From contig JAYTTD010000090.1 of the NCBI GenBank assembly GCA_043745235.1, forward strand, positions 50,760 to 114,759: DNA of 64,000 nucleotides, in the 5' to 3' direction. How positions within the stretch are numbered: position 1 is the stretch's first letter; the number at the start of each line of letters is the position of its first letter. The stretch is from Nitrospira sp. (GTDB taxonomy: Bacteria; Nitrospirota; Nitrospiria; Nitrospirales; Nitrospiraceae). The notes under the pieces were generated by a model, which made no database searches, had not been told where the DNA came from, and worked only from the letters and a program-made list of their open reading frames with translations. The position numbers and the translations under genes were made by a program. Positions 10,034 through 19,270 of this stretch are shown one piece after another.

Positions 10034-10657
10034 AACCCTCTTCTGACTTCTACTTTCTTATCCTTATGCGTCCACGATCTCGAAGCCATTTCCCTAGATT
10101 GAGCACCACCGGTTCGACCGGTGACATGCACAGACGACCGAGTACATGCACTGTAGCCTGATCCAACACGCCAGCCTTGAGAAAGTAAACCGAGGTCGTA
10201 CAATAATACATTTATCCAGAGATCGCAGATGTTCTTGATTGTTTAATCCAAAACAACCCCTGATAGACTAGGGGTTCCACGCAACCAACGCCGCCAAAGA
10301 ATATTTCTTCCCATGCAAGAAATCACTCCACCTTTAGGGGGAAAGCCAATAGCAGATGGCGACAAGATGACGTGAGGCCTTGTATGGGAGGAGCAAGACA
10401 TCCTTTTACTGCGTGCCGCATCCCAATCCCCTACTTCCTTCACAAGGGTAACCTGGTCAATCCTCGATTGCGCGCGTCCAACGACTATTGATGCTCCCAC
10501 CAAGCTCGCTCGTTCTCTCCCAGGGATGAGGGCTGATTGATCTTCTACTGCGCGCGTCCAACGAGGGCCTTCTCAGGCCGCGCGTTGCGCGAGCAAGGAA
10601 GATCATCAGGCTCCATCCCCTCCGCTGTTCCGCGAGCAAGAGGCCAACCAGGCCACC

Positions 10658-11389
10658 CTATTTCCACCCATCTCCACCCGTCCCCCCCCCAAACCCTCCG
10701 AAATTCCCGCCGAAACCGCCCTGCCCTGTTCCCCAGTACTCTCCCTTTTGAATTCGTCGGTACGGATGTCGCAGGTCGGGACGGGTGATCCACCAGAAGA
10801 ACGAGAGGGCCGCGATGCTGGTGAGAAGAGCGATCCAGAAACCCAGGCCTTTGGAATAATGTGGATTTACGATACTCCCGACACGCACCTCCTGCGCGGG
10901 AGAGGCCAGCGCCACCACCGCGCGATAGAGGCCTTCGCCGAAATGTCCCAACGCAATCGACGGCTGCAGAGACTCGCGCCCAACTTGACTCATCACTGTG
11001 GGAGTAATCACCGGCAACATCTGCCGACCAAGGGTGATCGCAGCTTGTCGTTCTTCCACCGCGACCAGCACCATCACGCCATGCTCCTGTTGTGTCGATC
11101 CGATGCCCCACTTTTCATAGAGCGCCGTCGCGTACTCATTCGCCGACCCGAACGGCTTGATGCTCGGCACGGTGACGACCACCATCTCGACGCCGGTCTT
11201 CCGTTCAAGATCCTGGCAGACGGACCGGATGCGCTCTTTCCACTCCTCATTGATCGCCTGCGCATGGTCGCTCACATACCCTCGCGGTTCCGGTAACTGG
11301 ATCTTGGGCCGTTCATAGGACACCGCCTGGGCGAGGCCCTCGAAGCAGACAAGGCCGAGCACCATCGCGATGCGGACAATCTTCATCAT
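10658..11389 (-). CDS. TPM-domain (YgcG-like) protein with a C-terminal TM segment and Gly-rich tail
   Basis: Signal peptide, 'YVSDHAQAINEEWKERI...LERKTGVEMVVVTV', 'GVMVLVAVEERQAAI', a TM segment and a GGFGGNFGGFGGGTGG tail. Confidence 0.8.
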   Translation of the reverse strand: MMKIVRIAMVLGLVCFEGLAQAVSYERPKIQLPEPRGYVSDHAQAINEEWKERIRSVCQDLERKTGVEMVVVTVPSIKPFGSANEYATALYEKWGIGSTQQEHGVMVLVAVEERQAAITLGRQMLPVITPTVMSQVGRESLQPSIALGHFGEGLYRAVVALASPAQEVRVGSIVNPHYSKGLGFWIALLTSIAALSFFWWITRPDLRHPYRRIQKGEYWGTGQGGFGGNFGGFGGGTGGDGWK

Positions 11390-12144
11390 CGCTGCCCCGA
11401 CTGCGGCAGTTGCTCAACAGTGCGAGTGAGCAGCGTCAAGGCTTGGAGATACCGGTCAAAGAGACGAGGGATTTCGTGTGAGCCAGGAGAAATCTGTCCG
11501 CGCTTGAGCAACAAGACGTCCAGCAAGCCCTGCAGATCCAGGGTTAACTGTTCGGCGACGTCCTTGATCATGGCGTCGGAGTGAGAGAGGACGGGACGCC
11601 CGAGAAGACGTTGCACCCCACGCAGCAATGGAAGGGTTGACGTGATCGAGAGCGGCAGTAAAATCGTTGTGGCCTCCGCACTTCCGCTCCCTTCGACATA
11701 CCGTTGACGCAGGCGCAACAGATGACTCATGAGGCCTTGGCCCACGGCCTCTCTCAGTCGATCAGTCTTCACGTGAAAACCGATGAACGGATCCCGCCCG
11801 CTTAGGACGCGATGCTGTTCCTGGATCTCCAGAAACTCAAGCGGAAATACCGCTGCCGAGAAGCGCAGCTCCTCTTCCGTGAGAAAGAGGGGGACCACAA
11901 TCTGCTCCTTGCTCCATTGACGATGCACGGCGCTGTACTGCTTGAGGACGACACTGTCGTACGACGGCACCAGGAGAAGGATATTCAGGTTGGAGCGACC
12001 TGGAAGAAATTCTCCCCGGACGGCACTGCCGTAGAGCAGCATACCTTCCAGCTGCTCCCCGAACACACCTTTGACCTCCTTCACGTAGGTCCGCAACAGC
12101 TTCAGTGTCGCGTCCGGCAATCCCTCAATCAGCCATTCAGTCAT
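11386..12144 (-). CDS. nucleotidyltransferase-fold domain protein
   Basis: 'LLYGSAVRGEFLPGRSNLNILLLV' fits the minimal NTase hG[GS] pattern, but the usual acidic pair reads N-L-N here. The stop overlaps the start of the TPM gene (ATGA). Confidence 0.55.
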   Translation of the reverse strand: MTEWLIEGLPDATLKLLRTYVKEVKGVFGEQLEGMLLYGSAVRGEFLPGRSNLNILLLVPSYDSVVLKQYSAVHRQWSKEQIVVPLFLTEEELRFSAAVFPLEFLEIQEQHRVLSGRDPFIGFHVKTDRLREAVGQGLMSHLLRLRQRYVEGSGSAEATTILLPLSITSTLPLLRGVQRLLGRPVLSHSDAMIKDVAEQLTLDLQGLLDVLLLKRGQISPGSHEIPRLFDRYLQALTLLTRTVEQLPQSGQR

Positions 12145-12156
12145 GTCTGTGGTTCT

Positions 12157-13440
12157 TCATAACAACATCGGATGTGGCGATCGTTCATTCGCATGTAGAT
12201 CAGGGAGAAACCCCGCGGCAATCATGCGATCGATCCCATGAAAAGGCGGCGTCGTCCGTAACCCCGCCGTGGTCGATAGGACCTGATAGCGAAGCCGTGC
12301 GTTCCGGTCCAGCGTCTGGAACACGCGATCGCGCAGGAAGGCCACCACTGGGTTCGCTGTGTTCCAATAGAACACTTGTTGATCGGCCAATCGTTGCAAC
12401 ATCGTCACGTGCGGTCGCCTGGCTCGCTCAAACGCGTTCAACCTGGCAGCTGAATAGTCCTGATCGGCAAGACAGCCCGGCAACAGGTCGGACAGTGCCA
12501 TGGCATCGACCATCGCCTGCATACGCCCCTGTGACGCATGGGGATTCATCGCATGAGCGGCATCGCCGATCAGCACGGCTCCATTGGCAACCCATGTCGG
12601 CGTACGCACCCGCCCGGTCGGCATATAGGCCGTCTGGCTCCAATCGCTCAGACCCTGAAACAGCCCGGTAAATTGCGGCGCGATCCGGCTCCACATCTGC
12701 TGTAACGCAGGGATACCCCGCTGCTTCACAGCCTCCATCGAACCCTTGGGAATCATGTAGAACAGATAGACCTTGTTCCCTGTCGCTGGAAATATTCCCA
12801 AAATGGTCTTGTGTCCGATGTAGTAAAACGATTCCGATATCGGCTCCTTCGATTCGAGAATCGCAATCAGATATCCGTCAGGATAGAGATACAGATCGGC
12901 GGGAATCTTCAGCGCCTCGCGTACTTTCGAAAACGCGCCGTCGGCGCCGACGACAATCTTTGCACGGATCGTACTGACGCCTTCCGGGCCTTGCGTGGAC
13001 AATCCCACGACCCGATCGCCCTCGCGCAGAAGTCCTGTGAAGGAGGTCCCATAACGGAGCGTCACACTCTTCTGTTGCTGCACTGCCGCGACAATGGCGT
13101 GGTGGGCCACGTTCGGAAGTGTCACGATGGCGCGATTATACGGCGCAGGCAGATCGCCATAATCGATGCTGCAGAGGCGCGTCCCTCCAGCCCGGCAAAA
13201 ATGAAAATGCCGCACGGACCTCGTGGCATCAGCCGGCAACGCCGGTAACACACCCAAGCGATCGAGTACTTGTTGTCCATTCGGTTGGAGAATTTCTCCC
13301 CGTAATCCCTGGGGTGGACCAGCGGCCTGATCCAGCACGACGGTGCTGATCCCTTGTTTCGCCAACGCCAGAGCTAAGACGGCTCCGCCACCCCCTGCTC
13401 CCACCACCGCGACGTCAGTCTGTTCGATTGAGTGTGCCAT
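12157..13440 (-). CDS. FAD-dependent monooxygenase/oxidoreductase (UbiH/geranylgeranyl-reductase-like)
   Basis: Dinucleotide fold 'DVAVVGAGGGGAVLALALAKQG' and the later 'GDAAHAMNPHASQG' motif. I prefer the ATG at 13440, which avoids overlap with the upstream PLD gene. Confidence 0.85.
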   Translation of the reverse strand: MAHSIEQTDVAVVGAGGGGAVLALALAKQGISTVVLDQAAGPPQGLRGEILQPNGQQVLDRLGVLPALPADATRSVRHFHFCRAGGTRLCSIDYGDLPAPYNRAIVTLPNVAHHAIVAAVQQQKSVTLRYGTSFTGLLREGDRVVGLSTQGPEGVSTIRAKIVVGADGAFSKVREALKIPADLYLYPDGYLIAILESKEPISESFYYIGHKTILGIFPATGNKVYLFYMIPKGSMEAVKQRGIPALQQMWSRIAPQFTGLFQGLSDWSQTAYMPTGRVRTPTWVANGAVLIGDAAHAMNPHASQGRMQAMVDAMALSDLLPGCLADQDYSAARLNAFERARRPHVTMLQRLADQQVFYWNTANPVVAFLRDRVFQTLDRNARLRYQVLSTTAGLRTTPPFHGIDRMIAAGFLPDLHANERSPHPMLL

Positions 13441-13445
13441 GTCGC

Positions 13446-13996
13446 TCAGTGCTGGTCCCATGCCCGATATCGAGTGTGATCGTTCCACATCGCAAGGAAC
13501 TTCTCCCGGGCCTTGACGGTGATTGCGTGATCAGTCATGACATCGAGCCGCTCATCATTATAACGATTGCCGCTCGTCGTGTGGTTCATCGAGCCGGAGG
13601 CATTCACCTCATCGTCGATCACAACCTGTTTCAGGTGCATCAGCGCATCGTGCTCGTTTACGAGGATCGGAATGCCGGCCACATGCAATGTGCGGAGCGC
13701 CGCGCGCTGTTTGACATCTTCAGTGCGCTGCCGATCGGTAATCAGGCGCACATCGACTCCCCGCTTCTTCGCCGCGACCATCGCTTCCACCGCACGGGGA
13801 GAGGTCAACCCATAGACCGCCACATAGAGGTAGCGGGTCGCCTGCCCATACACGCCGTCAGGCGGTCGAGTGGCGCATCATCTGGTCCGTAGTAGACCTC
13901 CACCGTCGCGCTCCAGCCGGCCCCGACCGAAACCGCGAGCATCAGCACGACACAACACAATGACCGCACGATGCGGTTGGGCATGACAGTTCTCAT
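13446..13996 (-). pseudogene. PLD-superfamily Nuc-like protein, reading frame broken near 13853-13862
   Basis: The signal peptide and 'VEVYYGPDDAPLDRL' are in one frame (13996 down to ~13860). The rest is in another frame, including a perfect HKD motif 'HLKQVVIDDEVNASGSMN' (13853..13446). A single-base indel would restore a ~180-aa Nuc-like protein. Confidence 0.65.
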
Positions 13997-14012
13997 CGAT
14001 GACGGGCTGGAG

Positions 14013-14390
14013 TCATTCGAGCTCAAATAACATCTTGAAATGATCGTCCGTAACCTCCCAGGCCCGAGGTGCCTCGGTGGCAAGCCACTGCTGCAGATAC
14101 TGCTTTTGGCCCGGCGTGAGCAATTGTTTGATCTGGTGCGATCGGCCTTGAAGCGGTTGTAGAAACCCGACTCGCTTCTGAACATCCAATGTGGCCGTGC
14201 GAACATACATGTTCGTAAACGCCGTCGGTGTTTCGTCCTTCCCATCGCCTTGAATCCAAACAGACAAAAACTTCTCTAACTGGAGTCCGGTGCTATCCAT
14301 GGCGGGATCGGTATCGTGAAACAACTCGTTTTCCGACTCTTTGAGCGGAGTGGCCTCGGTAGACCTGAACATAAAGTTGCGGTTCCACAT
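14013..14390 (-). CDS. hypothetical protein
   Basis: ORF with ordinary amino-acid composition and an LTxxQ-like segment ('LLTPGQKQYLQQW'). The start is uncertain (ATGs at 14390 and 14372; the ORF opens at 14444). I recognise no family. Confidence 0.4.
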   Translation of the reverse strand: MWNRNFMFRSTEATPLKESENELFHDTDPAMDSTGLQLEKFLSVWIQGDGKDETPTAFTNMYVRTATLDVQKRVGFLQPLQGRSHQIKQLLTPGQKQYLQQWLATEAPRAWEVTDDHFKMLFELE

Positions 14391-14540
14391 GCAATCGCGC
14401 CTCCAAAAGACGGCATAGTGGCGGCGGATCACAAACAATGTCAAGCCGTGAACCGACCTTCTCCGTTACCTTGACAACGGAGAAGTTGGTTTGATAACGT
14501 GTTGAAATTGTTTAATCTCTTGGCCATGTTAGGAGTCTGC

Positions 14541-14741
14541 ATGCAGGTCAAAATCAATGGCAAGGCCGAAGAGATTTCAGGGGGAACGGTCCTTGATCTT
14601 CTCCAGGCCAAAAAGATTGAACCGCAAATGGTTGCGGTCGAGGTGAACGATACCATGATAGACCGGGATCATCTCGCCACCACCCGCCTGAACGACGGCG
14701 ACCGGGTCGAGTTCTTGTTTTATATGGGAGGTGGCCGGTGA
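14541..14741 (+). CDS. thiS: ThiS-family sulfur-carrier protein
   Basis: 'MQVKINGKAEEISGGTVLDLL...VAVEVNDTMIDRDHL...LNDGDRVEFLFYMGGGR' is a classic ThiS pattern. AGGAG RBS before the ATG at 14541. The stop overlaps the start of the cysteine synthase gene (GTGA). Confidence 0.8.
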   Translation: MQVKINGKAEEISGGTVLDLLQAKKIEPQMVAVEVNDTMIDRDHLATTRLNDGDRVEFLFYMGGGR

Positions 14742-15667
14742 CGATGACCCTGCACAAAGACATCACCGAACTCATCGGGCGGACTCCCCTTGTCCGCCTG
14801 AACCGGTTGTCTCCTGCCGGCGGGGCGACAATCTATGGAAAAGTCGAGTTCTTTAATCCCGGTGGAAGCGTCAAGGATCGAATCTGTCTCAATATGATCA
14901 ACGAGGCGGAACGGATGGGCGCATTAAAGCCTGGCGGCACCATCGTCGAACCGACCAGCGGAAACACCGGGATCGGACTGGCATTAGTCGCCGCGGTCCG
15001 TGGCTATAAGCTGATCCTCGTGATGCCGGAGAGCATGAGTATGGAGCGGGCGAGCCTCTTGTCCTCCTATGGCGCACAACTCGTTTTGACGCCGGCCTGG
15101 GAAGGCATGAAGGGTGCCATCCGCGAATCGGAAAGCATCATCGCGCAAAATCCGTCGTACTTTATGCCTGATCAGTTTTCAAATCCGGCCAATCCAGCCA
15201 TGCATAAAAAGACCACGGCGCTTGAGATTCTCGAAGCACTCGGTGGAAAAATCGATGCGTTTGTGGCGGCAGTGGGCACTGGCGGTACCATTACCGGATG
15301 CGGGGAACTATTCAAAGAACGGAACCCAGCCGTGAAGGTGATCGCGGTTGAACCAGCCGGGTCGCCGGTCTTATCTGGTGGAGACCCAGGGCCCCATAAG
15401 ATTCAGGGTATCGGCGCGGGGTTCATCCCGAAAGTGCTGAATCGGGCTATTCTCGATCGTGTGATGACCGTAACCGATGACGAAGCCTATCAAACGGCCA
15501 AGCAGCTCTCGAAAAAGGAAGGTCTCTTGGTGGGAATTTCTGCCGGGGCCAATGTGTTTGCCGCGCAAAAAGTGGCCCAAGAGCTTGGACCAGGCAAGAA
15601 TGTGGTTACGATCCTCTGCGATACCGGCGAGCGGTATATCAGCATCGAAAAGTATTTCAACATCTAA
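14738..15667 (+). CDS. cysK: cysteine synthase (O-acetylserine/O-phosphoserine sulfhydrylase; CysK-like)
   Basis: 'NPGGSVKDR', 'TSGNTGIGLA' and 'HKIQGIGAGFIP', 309 aa. It is translationally coupled to the ThiS-like gene. Confidence 0.92.
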   Translation: MTMTLHKDITELIGRTPLVRLNRLSPAGGATIYGKVEFFNPGGSVKDRICLNMINEAERMGALKPGGTIVEPTSGNTGIGLALVAAVRGYKLILVMPESMSMERASLLSSYGAQLVLTPAWEGMKGAIRESESIIAQNPSYFMPDQFSNPANPAMHKKTTALEILEALGGKIDAFVAAVGTGGTITGCGELFKERNPAVKVIAVEPAGSPVLSGGDPGPHKIQGIGAGFIPKVLNRAILDRVMTVTDDEAYQTAKQLSKKEGLLVGISAGANVFAAQKVAQELGPGKNVVTILCDTGERYISIEKYFNI

Positions 15668-15793
15668 AGGATGCTGAAAATGGCTTCCAACTTTGTTCTC
15701 GGCTCGGGAAAATCCTCAACGTACCCCAGAGGGTACGCCTCCGGTTTTCTCTCGCCTGCGGCCTCGTTGGCAAACCATTTTGAGCATCCTTTG
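15666..15793. repeat. family-1 palindromic intergenic element (MITE/REP-like), copy 1
   Basis: Terminal inverted repeats AAAGGATGCTGAAAATGG / CCATTTTGAGCATCCTTT and a central palindrome GTACCCCAGAGGGTAC. It is homologous to the copies at 19781, 23181 and 23876. Confidence 0.75.
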
Positions 15794-15813
15794 GGATTCA
15801 CTAACTGATTGTC

Positions 15814-16626
15814 ATGGAATTTACTGAAGATCAAATATCCCGCTACAGCCGCCATATTCTCCTGCCTGAGGTGGGCGGCAAGGGGCAAAAGAAGATTGCC
15901 AAGGCCAAGATTCTCCTGGTCGGCGCGGGAGGCCTTGGTTCGCCGGCAGCACTCTATCTGGCCGCAGCCGGTGTCGGCACCATCGGCCTCATAGATAGCG
16001 ATGTCGTGGACCTGACCAATCTTCATCGGCAAATTCTTCACCATACGTCGGACATAGGCCGTCCCAAAGTCCTTTCGGGCAAAGAGAAGATTCAGGCGTT
16101 GAATCCCGACGTACAGGTCTCGATGTACGAAGAGAGGCTAACGGCCGGCAATGCGCTGAAGATTATCAGCGAGTACGATGTCATCATCGACGGAGTCGAT
16201 AACTTCACAGCCAAGTTCTTGATCAACGATGCCTGTTTCTTTGCTGGAAAACCGTTGATCCACGGCGGCATCCTCCGTTTCGATGGGCGCGTCACGACCA
16301 TTGTACCGAAGCAATCCGCCTGTTACCGTTGTATCTTCAAGACTCCTCCACCTGCCGGATTGGTCGCCTCCTGCCAGGAGGCGGGCGTGATCGGCGTGTT
16401 AGCCGGCATCATTGGAACAATCCAAGCGACGGAGGCCTTGAAACTCATTCTGGGTATCGGTCATCCTCTCACGAACCGGTTCCTGGATTTCGATGCGCGC
16501 AAGACACTGTTCAGAGAGATCAAGGTGAAGCGCAATCCAGACTGTGCGCTCTGCGGAGCGCACCCGACGATTACCGAACTGTTCGATGACGGCGATCCAT
16601 TTGCCGGCTGCGCCGTCCGTCCGTAA
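15814..16626 (+). CDS. ThiF/MoeB/HesA-family E1-like adenylyltransferase (paralog 1)
   Basis: 'RYSRHILLPEVGGKGQKKI', 'VGAGGLGSP' and CxxC pairs ('CYRC', 'CALC'); 270 aa with no rhodanese domain. Confidence 0.9.
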   Translation: MEFTEDQISRYSRHILLPEVGGKGQKKIAKAKILLVGAGGLGSPAALYLAAAGVGTIGLIDSDVVDLTNLHRQILHHTSDIGRPKVLSGKEKIQALNPDVQVSMYEERLTAGNALKIISEYDVIIDGVDNFTAKFLINDACFFAGKPLIHGGILRFDGRVTTIVPKQSACYRCIFKTPPPAGLVASCQEAGVIGVLAGIIGTIQATEALKLILGIGHPLTNRFLDFDARKTLFREIKVKRNPDCALCGAHPTITELFDDGDPFAGCAVRP

Positions 16627-16653
16627 CTACTGATAGAGTGAGGTGACATCACC

Positions 16654-17904
16654 ATGGCCATGATGAAAGCGCTAGTCTGCCGCGAGTGCGGAAAAGAATA
16701 TCCGACGAAGGCGATCCATGTCTGCGAAATGTGCTTTGGCCCCCTCGAGGTGAAATACAACTACGAGGAGATCAAGAAGGGCATTTCTCGCAAGAAGATC
16801 CAGGACGGGCCGCACAGTATCTGGCGCTATGCCGACCTCCTGCCGGTGGAAGGGCCGACGTTTCTCGGCCCGCATGCCGGGATGACCCCGCTTGTGCGCG
16901 CCAAGAATCTCGGCGCTTACCTCGGATTGGACGAGATCTACATTAAGAACGATACTGTCAATCATCCCACGCTCTCGTTCAAAGATCGGGTCGTGGCCGT
17001 GGCCATCACCAGGGCTCGCGAATTGGGATTTGAAACCATTGCCTGTGCCTCGACCGGCAATCTGGCCAATTCTGTTGCCGCCCATGCGGCTGCCGCTGGA
17101 ATGCGCGCCTACGTCTTCATTCCCGGTGATTTGGAAGCAGCCAAGGTCCTCGGCAATTTGATTTACAAGCCGAACGTGGTCGAAGTCGAAGGCAATTATG
17201 ACGACGTCAATCGCCTCTGCAGTGAGATCGCCGGCGAACATGCCTGGGCCTTTGTGAATATCAACATTCGCCCCTACTATGCGGAAGGCTCGAAGACGCT
17301 GGCCTACGAAACCGTGGAGCAACTCGGTTGGCGCACACCGGACCAAGTGGTCATTCCGATGGCGTCCGGATCGCTCCTGACTAAGATCTGGAAGGGGCTC
17401 CATGAAATGAAGGCCTTGGGTCTCGTCGACGACGTGCGGACGAAGCTCAACGGCGCGCAGGCCGAAGGCTGTTCACCCATTTCAACGGCCTTCAAGTCGG
17501 GTCGTGATTTCTTCAAACCTGTAAAGCCCAAGACCATTGCCAAGTCCCTGGCCATCGGCAACCCCGCTGACGGATACTACGCCCTCAAAGCGACCACCGA
17601 GAGCAAGGGTTCCATGGACATGGTCTCAGACGACGAAGTGGTGGAAGGGATCAAACTGTTGGCGCAAACCGAAGGAATCTTCGCAGAAACCGCTGGCGGT
17701 GTGACAGTCGGCGTACTCCAGAAACTGGTGAAACAAGGTACGATCAAGAAAGGCGACGTGACCGTCGCCTATATCACCGGCAATGGCTTAAAGACGCAGG
17801 AGGCCGTGATCGATGCGGTCGGCAGGCCCCATCGCATTCAGCCGAGTCTTGCCAGTTTTGAGCAAACCTTTAAGATTAAGGGACAGGGTGGTGGTGACGC
17901 ATGA
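16654..17904 (+). CDS. threonine-synthase-family PLP enzyme with an N-terminal zinc ribbon
   Basis: 'CRECGKEY...CEMCFGPLEV', PLP-lysine region 'HPTLSFKDR' and 'STGNLANS'; 416 aa. The stop overlaps the start of the CysO-like gene (ATGA). Confidence 0.88.
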   Translation: MAMMKALVCRECGKEYPTKAIHVCEMCFGPLEVKYNYEEIKKGISRKKIQDGPHSIWRYADLLPVEGPTFLGPHAGMTPLVRAKNLGAYLGLDEIYIKNDTVNHPTLSFKDRVVAVAITRARELGFETIACASTGNLANSVAAHAAAAGMRAYVFIPGDLEAAKVLGNLIYKPNVVEVEGNYDDVNRLCSEIAGEHAWAFVNINIRPYYAEGSKTLAYETVEQLGWRTPDQVVIPMASGSLLTKIWKGLHEMKALGLVDDVRTKLNGAQAEGCSPISTAFKSGRDFFKPVKPKTIAKSLAIGNPADGYYALKATTESKGSMDMVSDDEVVEGIKLLAQTEGIFAETAGGVTVGVLQKLVKQGTIKKGDVTVAYITGNGLKTQEAVIDAVGRPHRIQPSLASFEQTFKIKGQGGGDA

Positions 17905-18188
17905 TTAAAGTTCGCATTCCAACCCCGCTCCGTCCTCTGACGAAGGGACAGGGAGAGGTCGACGCACAGGCTCTCACGATCGTTGAAATGATCGACACCT
18001 TGAACGCCTCCTACCCTGGGATCAAGGATCGACTCTGCGACGACACAGGAGAGCTTCGTCGTTTCGTGAATATGTACGTCAACGAAGAAGATATTCGGTT
18101 CCTCAAGGGCAAAGAGACCTCGCTCAAAGACGGCGACGAAGTCTCGATCGTGCCCGCCATTGCGGGAGGCTCATCATGGCGAATATGA
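17901..18188 (+). CDS. CysO/MoaD-type sulfur-carrier protein with a 5-residue extension after the Gly-Gly
   Basis: 'IPTPLRPLTKGQ...RFVNMYVNEEDIRF...DGDEVSIVPAIAGG-SSWRI' closely follows my recollection of the M. tuberculosis CysO pattern, which ends ...ILPAVAGG. Confidence 0.8.
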   Translation: MIKVRIPTPLRPLTKGQGEVDAQALTIVEMIDTLNASYPGIKDRLCDDTGELRRFVNMYVNEEDIRFLKGKETSLKDGDEVSIVPAIAGGSSWRI

Positions 18189-18415
18189 AAGTGCACATCC
18201 GGTTTCCAGAAGACAAGATCAAAGAACCGGTCATCTATCAGATCGGTCACGAATTCAAAGTCGTCACGAATGTCCGGCGAGCCGATGTTCGTGAAACCAC
18301 CGGGTGGATGGACCTCGAACTGATCGGGGACAGCACGGAAATCGAACGGGCGGTCTCGGGCCTTCGCAAAAAGGGCGTCATCGTCGACCCGATCGAATTG
18401 AATGTCGTGGAGTAG
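18176..18415 (+). CDS. stand-alone NIL-domain protein
   Basis: 79 aa. 'EPVIYQIGHEFKVVTNVRRADV...GWMDLELIGDSTEIERAVSGLRKKGVIV' matches the NIL (MetN C-terminal) pattern. The start overlaps the end of the carrier gene (ATG at 18176 or 18185). Confidence 0.7.
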   Translation: MANMKVHIRFPEDKIKEPVIYQIGHEFKVVTNVRRADVRETTGWMDLELIGDSTEIERAVSGLRKKGVIVDPIELNVVE

Positions 18416-18464
18416 AAACCGTGGGGGGTAAGGCGTGAGGAGTAAGGGGTTAGGCGTATAGAAG

Positions 18465-19268
18465 ATGGAACTCACTGAACCGCAGATTCAACGGTACAGC
18501 CGCCAGATTATTCTCAGCGAGGTGGGTGGCAAGGGCCAGATGAAACTGAGCAGGGCGAAGGTCCTGCTCATCGGTGCCGGGGGGCTCGGCTCGCCTGCCG
18601 GACTCTATCTCGCCGCTGCCGGTGTCGGCACCATCGGTCTGGTCGATGGCGATGTCGTCGATCTCTCGAACTTGCAGCGGCAAATCCTGCACTCCACGGC
18701 CACGGTGGGCATGCCGAAAGTAGAATCGGGAAAGAAGACCCTCACGGCTATCAATCCGGAGATCACGGTCAATGCCTATCACCAGTTAGTGGATGCCGAC
18801 AATATCCTTCCGCTCTTCAAAGAGTACGACATCGTGCTGGACGGATCCGATAACTTTGCGACACGTTTTCTCGTAAACGACGCCTGTTTCTTCGCCAAGA
18901 AGACGCTCATTTCTGCCAGTATGTTCCGGTTTGAAGGTCAGCTCACGACGATCAAACCCCATGCCGGCTATCCCTGCTACCGATGCCTCTACCCGGAGCC
19001 GCCACCGGCTGGACTCGTTCCGAATTGCCAAGAAGCAGGCGTCTTGGGAGCCCTCGCTGGAACCATGGGCATTCTTCAGGCCTCGGAGGCGATCAAGGAA
19101 ATACTCGACATCGGCGAAACTCTAGCCGATCGCCTGCTCATTTACGACGCCCTGGAGATGAAGTTCAGAAAAGTCCGTCGTCCCAAAGACCCGGCCTGCC
19201 GCCTCTGCGGACCGACACCGACGATCACCGACCTGAAGAGTGATTACACTGTCACCTGCGCCATCTAA
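18465..19268 (+). CDS. ThiF/MoeB/HesA-family E1-like adenylyltransferase (paralog 2)
   Basis: Collinear with, and clearly paralogous to, 15814..16626 ('RYSRQIILSEVGGKGQMKL', 'IGAGGLGSP', 'CYRC', 'CRLC'). Confidence 0.9.
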   Translation: MELTEPQIQRYSRQIILSEVGGKGQMKLSRAKVLLIGAGGLGSPAGLYLAAAGVGTIGLVDGDVVDLSNLQRQILHSTATVGMPKVESGKKTLTAINPEITVNAYHQLVDADNILPLFKEYDIVLDGSDNFATRFLVNDACFFAKKTLISASMFRFEGQLTTIKPHAGYPCYRCLYPEPPPAGLVPNCQEAGVLGALAGTMGILQASEAIKEILDIGETLADRLLIYDALEMKFRKVRRPKDPACRLCGPTPTITDLKSDYTVTCAI

Positions 19269-19270
19269 CC

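Noticed and set aside
10440-10650. Regularly recurring GCGCG-rich units (TGCGCGCGTCCAACGA twice, GCGAGCAAG(G)A(A)G twice) as a possible CRISPR array. The family-2 and family-3 repeats were considered for the same reason.
   Set aside because: The units are few, imperfect and irregularly spaced, and some are inverted. There are no unique spacers of constant length and no cas genes in the window.
14458-14485. A 10-bp hairpin (CTTCTCCGTT/AACGGAGAAG) with an embedded TTGACA upstream of the ThiS-like gene, considered as an attenuator, riboswitch or promoter
   Set aside because: It has no recognisable riboswitch core (SAM, TPP and so on), no clean U-tract and only a weak -10 candidate. That is too little to call a feature.
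16672-17403. A 243-aa minus-strand ORF inside the ThrC-like gene. Similar long antisense ORFs occur at 29868..30653, 37936..38661, 10545..11111, 53793..54326 and 52160..52714.
   Set aside because: Each lies entirely antisense to a CDS with strong family motifs. Long antisense ORFs are expected in GC-rich coding DNA.
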